Part shown: positions 9,066-18,124 of the stretch, one piece after another | Position numbering within the stretch: position 1 is the stretch's first letter | Layout: each line of letters starts with the position of its first letter | Origin: Thermoproteota archaeon | GTDB lineage: Archaea; Korarchaeota; Korarchaeia; Korarchaeales; Korarchaeaceae | NCBI GenBank assembly: GCA_027491415.1 | Contig: JAOZFH010000023.1 | Coordinates: forward strand, 1 to 30,618 | DNA: 30,618 nt | Reading direction: 5' to 3' | Position numbers and translations under genes: made by a program | The notes under the pieces: generated by a model | What the model was told of the DNA's origin: nothing | Database searches by the model: none | Seen by the model: only the letters and a program-made list of their open reading frames with translations

Positions 9066-10529
9066 GTGATGGATCAGCGCAGGACGCCCCTGGTCGACTT
9101 CCTGAACGAGGAGGTCCAGACTTACTACAGGTGGTGCACCCCCTCGGTCCTCCTCGACGCCCCGCGCGTGGGGGACGTCTACGCCACGGACGTGAGCGCC
9201 TCCCTGTCGGTGAGGGGGACGCTGGCAGACAACTCCGGAATATTCGAGGAGGCTCACAGGCTTGCCGCGGAGGCCTACGGGGCGGATCACACCCTGTTCA
9301 GCGTTCACGGCTCCACGGGCAGCGTGTACGTCGTCCTGAGGTACCTGAGCCTTATGTACGGTACGCCGCTGATCTTGGCGAGCAGGAACATACACATCAG
9401 CGTCCAGAACGCCTGCGAGGATTTTGGGGTGAGGTACAGGTTCATCAGGAGTCACTACGACCCTGAGTTCGACGCCTTCGTCCCGCCGAAGCCGGAGGAG
9501 GTCGTGGAGGCCCTCGAGAGGTATCCGGAGGCCAACGCGGTGCTCCTCTCCAACCCCACGTACGAGGGCCTGTCCTGCCGCCTGAGGGAGACGGTGGAGG
9601 CGATCAGGGGAGTCAGCGAGGACGTCCTCGTAATAGTCGACGAGGCCTGGGGGGCGCACTTCAGGTTCAGCGACAGGCTCCCGGAGACCGCGATGGATTC
9701 GGGGGCGGACATCAGCATCCAGAGCACCCACAAGCAGGGCGGATCGCTCCAGCAGACCGGCATGATACACTGGAGGGACGAGCGGGTCGACTACGACGTC
9801 ATGTGGGAGGCCTACCGGGGCTACGTCACCACGAGCCCCTCTTACCACCTGATGGCCTCGCTGGACGCCGCCAGGGCCCACATGGTGGAGAGGGGGGGCG
9901 AGGAGATCGACAGGCTGATACGCCTCTCCGAGAGGTTCAGGGGGATGCTGAGGGAGAGGCTGCCGAGGCTGGGCGTCCTCGACTCCTACTACCTCGAGAG
10001 GTGGGCTGAGCACGTCGGGGGGATCGACCTGACCAAGACCCTCCTCTCCCTCACCTCCTACCGAGTTACGGGGTTCTGGCTGGACGAGGAGCTGCAGAGG
10101 AGGTTCAGGGTCGTCCCCGAGACAGCCAACTACAACTCGCTCTTGTTCATAGCCACGTTTCAGCTGCCCGAGGACGCCGTGGAGGTTACCGTGGACGCCC
10201 TCGAGAGCCTGCTCACCGGGGCCGAGGCCCCTGGCGGGAAGAGGCTCCTGAACCCGCCCCTCATGGACAGGCCCCCGAAGATAGAGCCCTACCTTCTGAG
10301 GAGGATGCCGAAGAAGCTGATCACTCAGAAGATACCGATCGACCTGGCGGTCGGAATGATCTCGGCGGAGACCGTAGTCACCTACCCCCCCGGCGTGCCC
10401 ATACTCATCAAGGGACACAGGATCGAGAGGGAGGCGGTCGAGTACCTGAAGGCGGTGAGGGACGCTGGCGGGCTGCTGATAGCCAGGGACCCCACCCTCA
10501 GGGAGGTGGAGGTCCTCAAGTTCCCCTGA
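9066..10529 (+). CDS. PLP-dependent Orn/Lys/Arg decarboxylase family (fold type I)
   Basis: HGSTG, RNIHISV, PTYEG, DEAWGAHF, QSTHK (PLP lysine), TTSPSY and YPPGVP motifs. Confidence 0.9.
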   Translation: MMDQRRTPLVDFLNEEVQTYYRWCTPSVLLDAPRVGDVYATDVSASLSVRGTLADNSGIFEEAHRLAAEAYGADHTLFSVHGSTGSVYVVLRYLSLMYGTPLILASRNIHISVQNACEDFGVRYRFIRSHYDPEFDAFVPPKPEEVVEALERYPEANAVLLSNPTYEGLSCRLRETVEAIRGVSEDVLVIVDEAWGAHFRFSDRLPETAMDSGADISIQSTHKQGGSLQQTGMIHWRDERVDYDVMWEAYRGYVTTSPSYHLMASLDAARAHMVERGGEEIDRLIRLSERFRGMLRERLPRLGVLDSYYLERWAEHVGGIDLTKTLLSLTSYRVTGFWLDEELQRRFRVVPETANYNSLLFIATFQLPEDAVEVTVDALESLLTGAEAPGGKRLLNPPLMDRPPKIEPYLLRRMPKKLITQKIPIDLAVGMISAETVVTYPPGVPILIKGHRIEREAVEYLKAVRDAGGLLIARDPTLREVEVLKFP

Positions 10530-10549
10530 TCTTAGCCTAGGCCGGGAGA

Positions 10550-12625
10550 TCAAAGGCTCGGGCGCCAGCTGAGCCTCAGCAGGAGCGCGTTGGCCACCAC
10601 TATGATGGAGCTGGCCGACATCACGAGGGCAGAGATCTCCGGCGGTATCAGTATCCCGTACCGGCCGTAGAGGGCTCCGGCCGCCAGGGGAATTGCCACG
10701 GCGTTGTAGCCGGTAGCCCAGAACAGGTTCTGGACCATCTTGGAGTAGGCCGCCTGGGAGAGCTCGAAGAGTCTGACCACGTCCAGAGGGTCGCTCCTAA
10801 CCAGCACCACATCCGCGGACTCCATGGCGACGTTCGTGCCCGCTCCTATGGCCACGCCCACGTCGGCCCTGGCCAGCGCGGGCGCGTCGTTTATGCCGTC
10901 GCCCACCATCACGACGACCTCTCCGGCCTCCTGGAGCCGGGCTATCGCTCTCTCCTTGTCCTCTGGCATGACCTCCGCCACGAACCTCTCTATGCCAAGC
11001 TCTTGGGCTATGGCCTCGGCCGTGGCCTCGTTGTCGCCCGTGAGCATCACCACCGAGAGGCCCATCCTCAGGAGCCTCTGGACGGCCTTCCTCGCTTCTG
11101 GCCTTGGCGTGTCCGCGACGGATATCACGCCGAGGAGCCTTCCCTCCGAGGCCACGCAGGTTACGGTCCTGCCCCTGGACGCCTCCTCAGCTATGGTGTC
11201 CTCCAGCTCGGAGACGTCGACCCCGGACTCCCTCACGAACCCGACGCTGCCGACGAGGATCTCCCTGCCGTCCACCGTTGCCACTGCCCCCCTTCCCGGC
11301 ACGGCCCTGAACCCGTCGGCTGGCCTGGGTGAGCCGCCCGCCGCTTCCACTATCGCCTTGGCTATCGGGTGCTCGGAGCTGGCCTCCACGGAGGCCGCGA
11401 GGGCCAGGAGCTCGTCCTCCCCAACCCCGCGGGCGGGCCTGACGGACACCACCCGGGGCCTGCCCTCTGTCAGGGTCCCGGTCTTGTCGAACACCACGGT
11501 GGTGGCCGTCCTAAGCCGCTCGAAGACCCCGGCGTCCTTCACGAGGATGCCCATCCTGGCAGCTAGGCCGGTCGCGAGCGTGGTCACGACGGGCATCGCC
11601 AGGCCCAGCGCGTGGGGGCACGTGATCACCATGACCGAGATCGCCAGGGACAGGGCGAACACTCCTCCCGCGTCCTGCGCGAGCGCCCAGTACGAGTAGG
11701 TCGCCAGGGCCGCCACCACGGCTATTATCGTCAGGTAGTGGGCAGCCCTGTCCGCGAGCCTCTGGAGACTGGGCTTGCTCTCCTCGGCCTCCCTCACGAG
11801 CCTCACGATCTGGGCGAACGCCGTGTCCTCCCCGACCCTAACCGCCCTCACCTTCACGGCCCCGTGGGCGTTTATGGTCCCGGCGGCGACCTCGTCGCCC
11901 CGGCCCTTCCTGACCGGCCTGGACTCGCCGGTGAGCATGCTCTCGTCCGCGTAGGTCTCCCCCTCGACGACGACGCCGTCCACCGGGAAGGACTCCCCGG
12001 GCCTGACCAGCACTATATCTCCGACCCTGACCTCCTCCGCCGGGATCTCTAAGATCCCCCCGTCCCTCACCACCCTGGCGGTGACGGGCGTAATCTCCAT
12101 CAGGGCGTCCAGGGCAGTCCTGGTGCGCCTGAACGCCTTCATCTCCATCCAGTGCCCGAACAGCAGGAAGACCGTGAGCGTGGTGACGGCCTCAAAAAAA
12201 TCGTCCCCCCCGAAGACGAACGTGGCCCCGACGCTGTAGACGTACCCGGAGAGGAGGGCCAGGCTCACGAGCACGTTCATCCCTAGCAGGCCCCTCTTCA
12301 GGGTGGAGTAGGCCCCCCTGAGGAACGGCCATCCGCCGTAGAAGACGACCACCGTCGCCAGCGCGAAGATCAGATACCCCATCCCCGGGATCTCGGGGAG
12401 CCTCAGCCCCAGAAGGCGGGCGACCCTAGAGTACAGGAAGACTGGAGTGGTTAGCACTAGGGAGACGAGGAACCTTTTCCTCATGTCGCGCTCCATGGCC
12501 CCGTGGTCGTGTCCGGCGTGCGCACTCCGCCTAGAGGAGATCCTCGCTGCGTGAGTCCCTCCGTGGCTGTGGCTCACGGGGCCGGCGTGACCCCCTTCGG
12601 ACGAACCTTCCGCCATAACCATCAT
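10550..12625 (-). CDS. copB: Copper-translocating P1B-type ATPase, CopB type
   Basis: His-rich N-terminus, TGES, CPHALGL, DKTGT, SEHP, GDGIND, YN and MSASS motifs. Start placed at MMVMAEG, about 25 nt after TTTATA (minus strand, ~12646-12651). Confidence 0.93.
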   Translation of the reverse strand: MMVMAEGSSEGGHAGPVSHSHGGTHAARISSRRSAHAGHDHGAMERDMRKRFLVSLVLTTPVFLYSRVARLLGLRLPEIPGMGYLIFALATVVVFYGGWPFLRGAYSTLKRGLLGMNVLVSLALLSGYVYSVGATFVFGGDDFFEAVTTLTVFLLFGHWMEMKAFRRTRTALDALMEITPVTARVVRDGGILEIPAEEVRVGDIVLVRPGESFPVDGVVVEGETYADESMLTGESRPVRKGRGDEVAAGTINAHGAVKVRAVRVGEDTAFAQIVRLVREAEESKPSLQRLADRAAHYLTIIAVVAALATYSYWALAQDAGGVFALSLAISVMVITCPHALGLAMPVVTTLATGLAARMGILVKDAGVFERLRTATTVVFDKTGTLTEGRPRVVSVRPARGVGEDELLALAASVEASSEHPIAKAIVEAAGGSPRPADGFRAVPGRGAVATVDGREILVGSVGFVRESGVDVSELEDTIAEEASRGRTVTCVASEGRLLGVISVADTPRPEARKAVQRLLRMGLSVVMLTGDNEATAEAIAQELGIERFVAEVMPEDKERAIARLQEAGEVVVMVGDGINDAPALARADVGVAIGAGTNVAMESADVVLVRSDPLDVVRLFELSQAAYSKMVQNLFWATGYNAVAIPLAAGALYGRYGILIPPEISALVMSASSIIVVANALLLRLSWRPSL

Positions 12626-12813
12626 ATCATGAGTTAATACATCAAATATAAACATATACGCCGGACCGCAGACCTGATGATGAGACGAACGCAGTGGAAG
12701 CACACGAAAGTCCCGCCATCGTGGACGTGAACGCGGGAGGCTGGGATTCTCGAATTGTCGGACATCCTGCCATCTGTTAATGTTTAAATACAATATATCT
12801 GGAATAGACTTAG

Positions 12814-13560
12814 ATGAGCGATATGAGCTCGAGGGTGGCAGGCGCGGCCTTGCTGGTAGGGGCCGCCGTCGGATTGACCGCGCTCTACTGGACAATGCCG
12901 CTTGTGTCCTACAGGGGGTCTACGACACGCTGGTACCCCCCGCTCCACTGGACCGGCGGACCCGCCTATTCCCCCATGGTCGGTTCAGGCCCGGCGATGG
13001 GACACGGGTGGTCGAGGCCGGGCGGGCCCCCCGCAAGAGCCTACGTGAATCGGCCCACGACTGAGATGGACGACGCCGTCAGAGCGTTTGAGGAGTACGT
13101 CTCAACCTATCTGGGGGACGGTTACGCCCTGCGGGAAGTGATGGAGTTTCAGAACAACTTCTACGCGGTCGTCGTGGAGAGAGACACAGGCATGGGAGCG
13201 CTCGAGCTCCTCCTGTGGAAGGATGGCGGGAGGATAGCCCCAGAGCCCGGGCCGAACATGATGTGGAACCTGAAGTACGGCATGCGCCCCGCGTACGCCA
13301 GGGAATACTCGGCTAGCGTGGGCCCCGAGCGGGCGTCGGAGATCGCCGTGGGCGCCTTAGGGGAGGCGTTCCCGGGAGTCGAAGTTGAAGTTGGGGAGCC
13401 GATACCGTTCTACGGGTACTACACGATGGACTACAAGCTGGACGGGGAGATGTACGGGATGCTGAGCGTGAACTCCCTAACGGGGGAGGCCTGGTTCCAC
13501 ACCTGGCACGGCGGCTTCGTGCGGGAGGTCGAGCTGGGTCCCGGGGAGGGTGAGCACTGA
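12814..13560 (+). CDS. Membrane-anchored/exported protein with a Met/Gly-rich linker and two PepSY-like repeats
   Basis: N-terminal hydrophobic helix; EPGPNMMWNLKYGM and FYGYYT..Y...G...GMLSVN..TG..WFHTWHG segments; TTTAAATA at 12783-12790. Function unknown. Confidence 0.8.
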   Translation: MSDMSSRVAGAALLVGAAVGLTALYWTMPLVSYRGSTTRWYPPLHWTGGPAYSPMVGSGPAMGHGWSRPGGPPARAYVNRPTTEMDDAVRAFEEYVSTYLGDGYALREVMEFQNNFYAVVVERDTGMGALELLLWKDGGRIAPEPGPNMMWNLKYGMRPAYAREYSASVGPERASEIAVGALGEAFPGVEVEVGEPIPFYGYYTMDYKLDGEMYGMLSVNSLTGEAWFHTWHGGFVREVELGPGEGEH

Positions 13561-13721
13561 TGTGCCCGTGCTGGATTTGGGGATCAGGCGGAGGCTGGAT
13601 GTTGGGCCCCGGTTGGCTCGTGTGGTGGCTGCCCGGTCTCCTCATAGGTCTCGGCGTACTCGGGGGGATCCTGCTCCTCCTCGGCGGATCCCGTCGGCGG
13701 GCGGAGCGCGAAGTGTCTTAA
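13560..13721 (+). CDS. Small 53-aa membrane protein (MCPCWIWGSGGGWM...), not in the ORF track
   Basis: ATG overlaps the upstream TGA (TGATG), with a GGAGGGTGA SD. One TM helix and an RRR tail; fills the gap to padR. Confidence 0.75.
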   Translation: MCPCWIWGSGGGWMLGPGWLVWWLPGLLIGLGVLGGILLLLGGSRRRAEREVS

Positions 13722-13744
13722 ATTGACATTGGGTATCTAGGTGG

Positions 13745-14251
13745 ATGGACGAGGGGTTCAGGCCCAGGGGCCTCATAAGGACGCTGATACTCCTATCCCT
13801 CTACAGGGGGAAGAGGCACGGCTACGGCATCATGGAGGATGTGGAGAGGATCACCGGAAAGAAGCCCAGCGCCGGGGAGGTCTACCCCTTCCTGCAGAGG
13901 CTGGAGAGAGAGGGCTACGTTAGGGTTGAGAGGGACAGGACCGGCAGGAGGAAGCTGTACGAGCTCACCGAGGCGGGTCGCCTCCTGGTGGAGGACACGG
14001 TAGAGAGGATGTCTGGCATCATCGAGGCCATAGTGGAGTCCAAGCTGAGCGTCTGCGCAAATTGCGGGGTCAGGATCTACGAGGGAGGCGTGGAGGTGGA
14101 GGTTGAGGGGAAGAGGCTGGTGTTCTGCTGCGAGCACTGCGCCGCCAACTACCTGACAAAGAGGGGAATAGTGAAGGCCGTCCTTCGCCCACTGGGAGGG
14201 CGGGGCGCCGGGCACGGGCAAGACCACGAGGGGCGCCAGCCCCAGGCCTGA
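13745..14251 (+). CDS. PadR-family regulator with a C-terminal TRASH metal-binding domain
   Basis: HGYGI, PSAGEVYPFL..LE..G and RKLYELTEAG (PadR); CANCG...FCCEHC (TRASH). Confidence 0.9.
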   Translation: MDEGFRPRGLIRTLILLSLYRGKRHGYGIMEDVERITGKKPSAGEVYPFLQRLEREGYVRVERDRTGRRKLYELTEAGRLLVEDTVERMSGIIEAIVESKLSVCANCGVRIYEGGVEVEVEGKRLVFCCEHCAANYLTKRGIVKAVLRPLGGRGAGHGQDHEGRQPQA

Positions 14252-14308
14252 CATCGGCCTCCCCAGGATCCCTAATCCTTTTTGCCCGCCGCGGCTGTGG
14301 CGTGGTCG

Positions 14309-15526
14309 ATGACCTCTGACGTCAGGAGGCTGCTCGAGGCCCACGGGAGGGCGGAGCGAGAGGTCTACATGGACAACGAGAACTCCGGACGGGTTCCGCC
14401 AGAGGTCGTAGAGGCCATGCTGCCGTACTTCAACCAGGTTGGGTACGGCCACCCGTCCATCACCAACAGGCCGGGCTGGGAGGCCTTCGAGGTGGTTCAG
14501 GAGACCGCCGAGGTAGTGGCCAGGACCATAGGCGCTGACCCCGAGGACATCCACTTCACCCACAGCGGCACGGAGGCCAACAACCTCGCAATCCTCGGAG
14601 TCGCGAGGGCGAACCGCTCGAGGGGGAGGAAGATAGTCGTGTCCGCGGTGGAGCACCTCAGCGTGATACTGCCGGCGGAGTCGCTCGAGGACGCCGGCTT
14701 CAAGGTCGTCAGGGCCCCGGTCGACGAGGAGGGGTTCGTAGACCAGGATGTCCTGGCCGAGCTGGTAGACAGGGAGACCGTGCTCGTGTCCGTTCAAACG
14801 GTCAACCACGAGATCGGCACCATCCAGAGGGTGAGGGGGCTGTCTGAGGTCGTGAGGGACAAGAACGCAGACGTCATATTCCACACGGACGCGTGCGACG
14901 CCTACGGCAGGGTCAGGATTGACGCGGACGCCATGGGCGTCGACATGATAACCCTGAGCTCCCACAAGATACTCGGTCCCAAGGGCGTGGGCGTCCTGTA
15001 CGTGGCGGACGGGGTGAAGGTTGAGCCTGTCCTGAGGGGCGCCCTGAGCTCCCAGCCCCTCTGGCCCGGAGTGGAGAACGTCCCGGCCATGGCGGGGTTC
15101 AAGAGGGCGATAGAACTTGCCTTCGAGGACTTTGACGGCGCGAACGAGAGGGTCAGGGCGCTCAGGGACCGCCTCATGGACTCCGTACTCGCGCGGGTGC
15201 CCGAAACTCTCCTCAACGGACCTCGGGGGGAGGAGAGGGTCTCCGACAACCTGAACTTGAGCTTCCTGCACGTTGAGGGGGAGGCCCTGACGGTCGAGCT
15301 TAGCATACGAGGGGTATACGTGTCCAGCGGGAGCGCGTGCACCAGCCGCATCCTCGAGCCCAGCCACGTCTTGCTGGCTATAGGCAGGAGGTACGAGGAG
15401 GCCCACGGGAGCATACTGTTCAGGCTCACCCGGTACCACACTCGTGACGACGTGGACTACGTGGCTAGGCAGGTCCCCGAGGCTGTGGAGAGGCTCAGGC
15501 GAATCAGCCCGCTGGGTAAGGGGTAA
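14309..15526 (+). CDS. iscS: Cysteine desulfurase, group I (IscS/NifS type)
   Basis: FTHSGTEANN, VEH.SV, NHEIGTIQ, SSHKILGPKG and catalytic SSGSAC motifs. ATG 14309 preferred over TTG 14282. Confidence 0.93.
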   Translation: MTSDVRRLLEAHGRAEREVYMDNENSGRVPPEVVEAMLPYFNQVGYGHPSITNRPGWEAFEVVQETAEVVARTIGADPEDIHFTHSGTEANNLAILGVARANRSRGRKIVVSAVEHLSVILPAESLEDAGFKVVRAPVDEEGFVDQDVLAELVDRETVLVSVQTVNHEIGTIQRVRGLSEVVRDKNADVIFHTDACDAYGRVRIDADAMGVDMITLSSHKILGPKGVGVLYVADGVKVEPVLRGALSSQPLWPGVENVPAMAGFKRAIELAFEDFDGANERVRALRDRLMDSVLARVPETLLNGPRGEERVSDNLNLSFLHVEGEALTVELSIRGVYVSSGSACTSRILEPSHVLLAIGRRYEEAHGSILFRLTRYHTRDDVDYVARQVPEAVERLRRISPLGKG

Positions 15527-15565
15527 ATACTGCCCGAGATTACTCCCGTTATAGGAGGGTCGAGA

Positions 15566-16072
15566 ATGAGCACGAGGGTTCCGCTGCCGTACACGCCGAA
15601 GGTGCTCGAGCTCTTCAGGAATCCGAAGAACCTCGGCAAGATGGAGAATCCAGACACTGTGGCGCAGGCTGGGAGCCCGGCGTGCGGCGACGTCATAAGC
15701 CTTTACCTCAGGATAGTGGAGAGAGACGGGGTTGAGGTGATCGAGGACGCTAAGTTCGAGAGCTACGGGTGCGCCGCCAACATAGCGGCTGCCAGCATGC
15801 TAACGGAGATGATCAAGGGCAAGACGGTCAGGCAGGCGTGGGAGGTCGGGTGGCAGGAGGTCGCCGAGGCGCTAGGGGGCCTGCCTCCGGTGAAGAGGCA
15901 CTGCAGCATCCTGGCCGTCGGGGCCCTTAGGAGGGCCATAAGGGCCTACTACGGGAAGAAGGGCCGGAGGCCGGACTGGCTCCCTGAGGGACTCACGATG
16001 GCCGAGAAGCAGGCCCTGGAAGAGGAGGAGTTCATAGAGAGGATGTACGGTGGTAGGCTTGAGCGCGGGTGA
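15566..16072 (+). CDS. iscU: Fe-S scaffold protein IscU/NifU
   Basis: F.NPKNLG, GSPACGD, YGCAA and LPPVKRHCS with all three Cys. Confidence 0.93.
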   Translation: MSTRVPLPYTPKVLELFRNPKNLGKMENPDTVAQAGSPACGDVISLYLRIVERDGVEVIEDAKFESYGCAANIAAASMLTEMIKGKTVRQAWEVGWQEVAEALGGLPPVKRHCSILAVGALRRAIRAYYGKKGRRPDWLPEGLTMAEKQALEEEEFIERMYGGRLERG

Positions 16073-16358
16073 GGGAGAGCCAGGTCGAGACGGCCGAGGG
16101 TGGCTCCCCGCGGAAGAATACTCGGTGGTGGCCGAGCTAGACATCTCCGGGAGGTCGAAGAAGTGCGTCGAGTCCCCTCTGGTCTCCCTCACCAGGGCGA
16201 TGTCAACCCTCCGATCCGGTGAGGCCATACTGGTGAGGTTCGACCCGGAGAGAACCCCAGCTCGGGCCATTCAGCTGATGGCGACCAAGAGGGGTTTGGG
16301 ATTCTCTCTTCTGAGCAAGGGAGAGACGCATTCCTGCCTTATCTACTCTCCGCGATGA
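16050..16358 (+). CDS. TusA/SirA-like sulfur carrier (divergent)
   Basis: LDISG...CVESPLV....AM..LRSGE.I.V pattern matches the TusA fold; context next to iscSU. Start uncertain. Confidence 0.6.
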   Translation: MVGLSAGEGEPGRDGRGWLPAEEYSVVAELDISGRSKKCVESPLVSLTRAMSTLRSGEAILVRFDPERTPARAIQLMATKRGLGFSLLSKGETHSCLIYSPR

Positions 16359-16464
16359 GGGCCCAGGGGGAGGAAGGCCGTCTCGGAGGAAATCATATTA
16401 TATGGCCGGCGATGACCGCTCTTTCGGTGTCGGGGAATTGATGGGGTTCATACTGGAGGGGGCC

Positions 16465-16800
16465 GTGTGGAAGGGTACGGCCATATTCGGCAGCATAGGG
16501 CCGACCGAGATCATACTCTTGCTCATACTGGCCCTGATACTCCTTGGGCCAAGCAAGCTGCCTGAGCTTGCCAGGAGCCTCGGCCAGGCCATCAACGAGT
16601 TCAAGAAGGCCACCTCTCAGGCCATGGAGACCACCCCGGCGACTTCCGCTCCGGCCCAGGTACAGGAGGTTGCCCCTGCCAGGCGTGAGAAGAGCGTCAG
16701 GGAACTCGCCAGGGAGCTTGGCATCGACACCACCGGCAAGACCGACGAGGAGATCGAGAAGGAGATCATAGCTCTCGTGAAGAAGGAGTCTTCCGAGTAG
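16465..16800 (+). CDS. tatA: Twin-arginine translocase subunit TatA/E
   Basis: IGPTEII...ALILLGPSKLPELARSLGQAINEFKKA; LARELGIDT.GKT.EEI tail. GTG 16465 has a GGAGG SD. Confidence 0.92.
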   Translation: MWKGTAIFGSIGPTEIILLLILALILLGPSKLPELARSLGQAINEFKKATSQAMETTPATSAPAQVQEVAPARREKSVRELARELGIDTTGKTDEEIEKEIIALVKKESSE

Positions 16801-16817
16801 AGGTCACAGGAGTCAAT

Positions 16818-16856
16818 GGGCCCCTAAGAAGAAGGGGCCCCGGCCGCCTGATTTTT
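16818..16856 (+). terminator. Hairpin plus T-tract after tatA
   Basis: GGGCCCCT-N7-AGGGGCCC (16818-16840), then TTTTT at 16852-16856. Confidence 0.4.
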
Positions 16857-16891
16857 ACCTCCTCCCTCACCGGAGGGAGGGGTGGTTCAGC

Positions 16892-18124
16892 CTGTTTGAC
16901 GTTGAGAAGATCAGAGAGGACTTCCCAATTCTCACTAGGATCGTGTCGGGCAGGAGGCTAATCTACTTTGACAACGCGGCGACTACCCAGAAGCCCCGCC
17001 AGGTCATCGAGGCCGTGAGGAGGTTCTACGAGGAGCACAACGCCAACGTTCACAGGGGGCTCCACACGCTCAGTCAGGAGGCCTCCGAACTCTACGAGGA
17101 GGCCCACGAGATCCTTGCGAAGTTCATAGGGGCTTCCGGGATGGAGGAGGTCGCCTTCCTGGCGGGAACGACCGACGCGCTCAACGCCGTCGCCGACGGA
17201 TGGGCGTGTAGAAACCTGGGTCCAGACGACAGAATAGTGACCACCGTGCTTGAGCACCACAGCAACATGCTCCCTTGGAGGAGGGCGGCCCAGAGGACCG
17301 GCGCCGAGCTCGTCTACGTCGACGTCACGGAAGACGGGCTGCTCAGGTGGGACCAGCTCGAGAACGCGATCAACGAGAGGACCCGGCTTGTCGCGATAAC
17401 CGGGATGTCCAACGTGACGGGCCAGATCGTGGACGTGGCCGAGGTGGCCAAGCTGGCCCACGAGGTCGACGCAGTCTTGGTGGTGGACGGGGCCCAGGCG
17501 GTGCCCCACATGCCCGTGAATGTCCGCCAGGCCGGGATAGATTTCCTGGCTTTCTCTGGGCACAAGATGCTTGGTCCCACTTGGATAGGAGTCCTCTACG
17601 GTAGGAGGGACCTCCTGGAGCGCATGGCCCCTCCGAGGGTCGGCGGAGGAATGATCAGGGATGTCACGCTTGACGAGGCCGAGTGGGCCGACCTACCCTG
17701 GAGGCTCGAAGCGGGCACGCCCCACATCGCCGGCGCCGCGGGGTTCGCCGAGGCGGCGAAGTACCTCATGGACCTCGGGATGGAGGCGGTCAGGGAGCAC
17801 GAGAAGAGGCTCACGGAGCTTGCGCTGAGGCTCATTGAGGACAGTCTCCCCGAGGAGGTCGAGATCTACGGGCCGAGGGATGTGGAGGAGAGGGGGGGAA
17901 TAGTGACCTTCAACGTCAGGGGCCTAGATCCCCACATGACGGCCTCTCTTCTTGACGCCTTCGGGATAGCGGTCAGGTCGGGGCTGCACTGCGCCCACCC
18001 GCTGCACCGGAGGATCGGCGCGGCGGAGGGCACCGTGAGGGCGAGCTTCTACGTGTACAACACGGAGGAGGAGGTAAGGACGTTCGTGGACGCATTGGTC
18101 GAGATAGCCGAAACGGCGAAGTGA
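16892..18124 (+). CDS. sufS: Cysteine desulfurase, group II (SufS)
   Basis: FDVEKIREDFPIL, YFDNAATTQKP, FSGHKMLGPT, EAGTP and catalytic RSGLHCA motifs. The conserved N-terminus begins at CTG 16892, upstream of the first canonical start (16943). Confidence 0.93.
   Translation: MFDVEKIREDFPILTRIVSGRRLIYFDNAATTQKPRQVIEAVRRFYEEHNANVHRGLHTLSQEASELYEEAHEILAKFIGASGMEEVAFLAGTTDALNAVADGWACRNLGPDDRIVTTVLEHHSNMLPWRRAAQRTGAELVYVDVTEDGLLRWDQLENAINERTRLVAITGMSNVTGQIVDVAEVAKLAHEVDAVLVVDGAQAVPHMPVNVRQAGIDFLAFSGHKMLGPTWIGVLYGRRDLLERMAPPRVGGGMIRDVTLDEAEWADLPWRLEAGTPHIAGAAGFAEAAKYLMDLGMEAVREHEKRLTELALRLIEDSLPEEVEIYGPRDVEERGGIVTFNVRGLDPHMTASLLDAFGIAVRSGLHCAHPLHRRIGAAEGTVRASFYVYNTEEEVRTFVDALVEIAETAK

Noticed and set aside
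8874-10553. Long antisense ORFs (559 aa here; also 13793-15439, 3445-4569, 26350-27336)
   Set aside because: Shadow frames of real high-GC genes with no recognisable motifs.
12670-12735. CTGATGA...GAAA suggesting a hammerhead ribozyme or C/D-box sRNA
   Set aside because: The hammerhead stems could not be built and no CTGA D box lies at a suitable distance.
12626-12895. 90-aa N-terminal extension of CopB in the ORF track
   Set aside because: It crosses the divergent promoter and overlaps the opposite gene; composition is not protein-like.
16477-16479. ACG as a non-canonical tatA start
   Set aside because: An in-frame GTG at 16465 with a good SD explains the gene.
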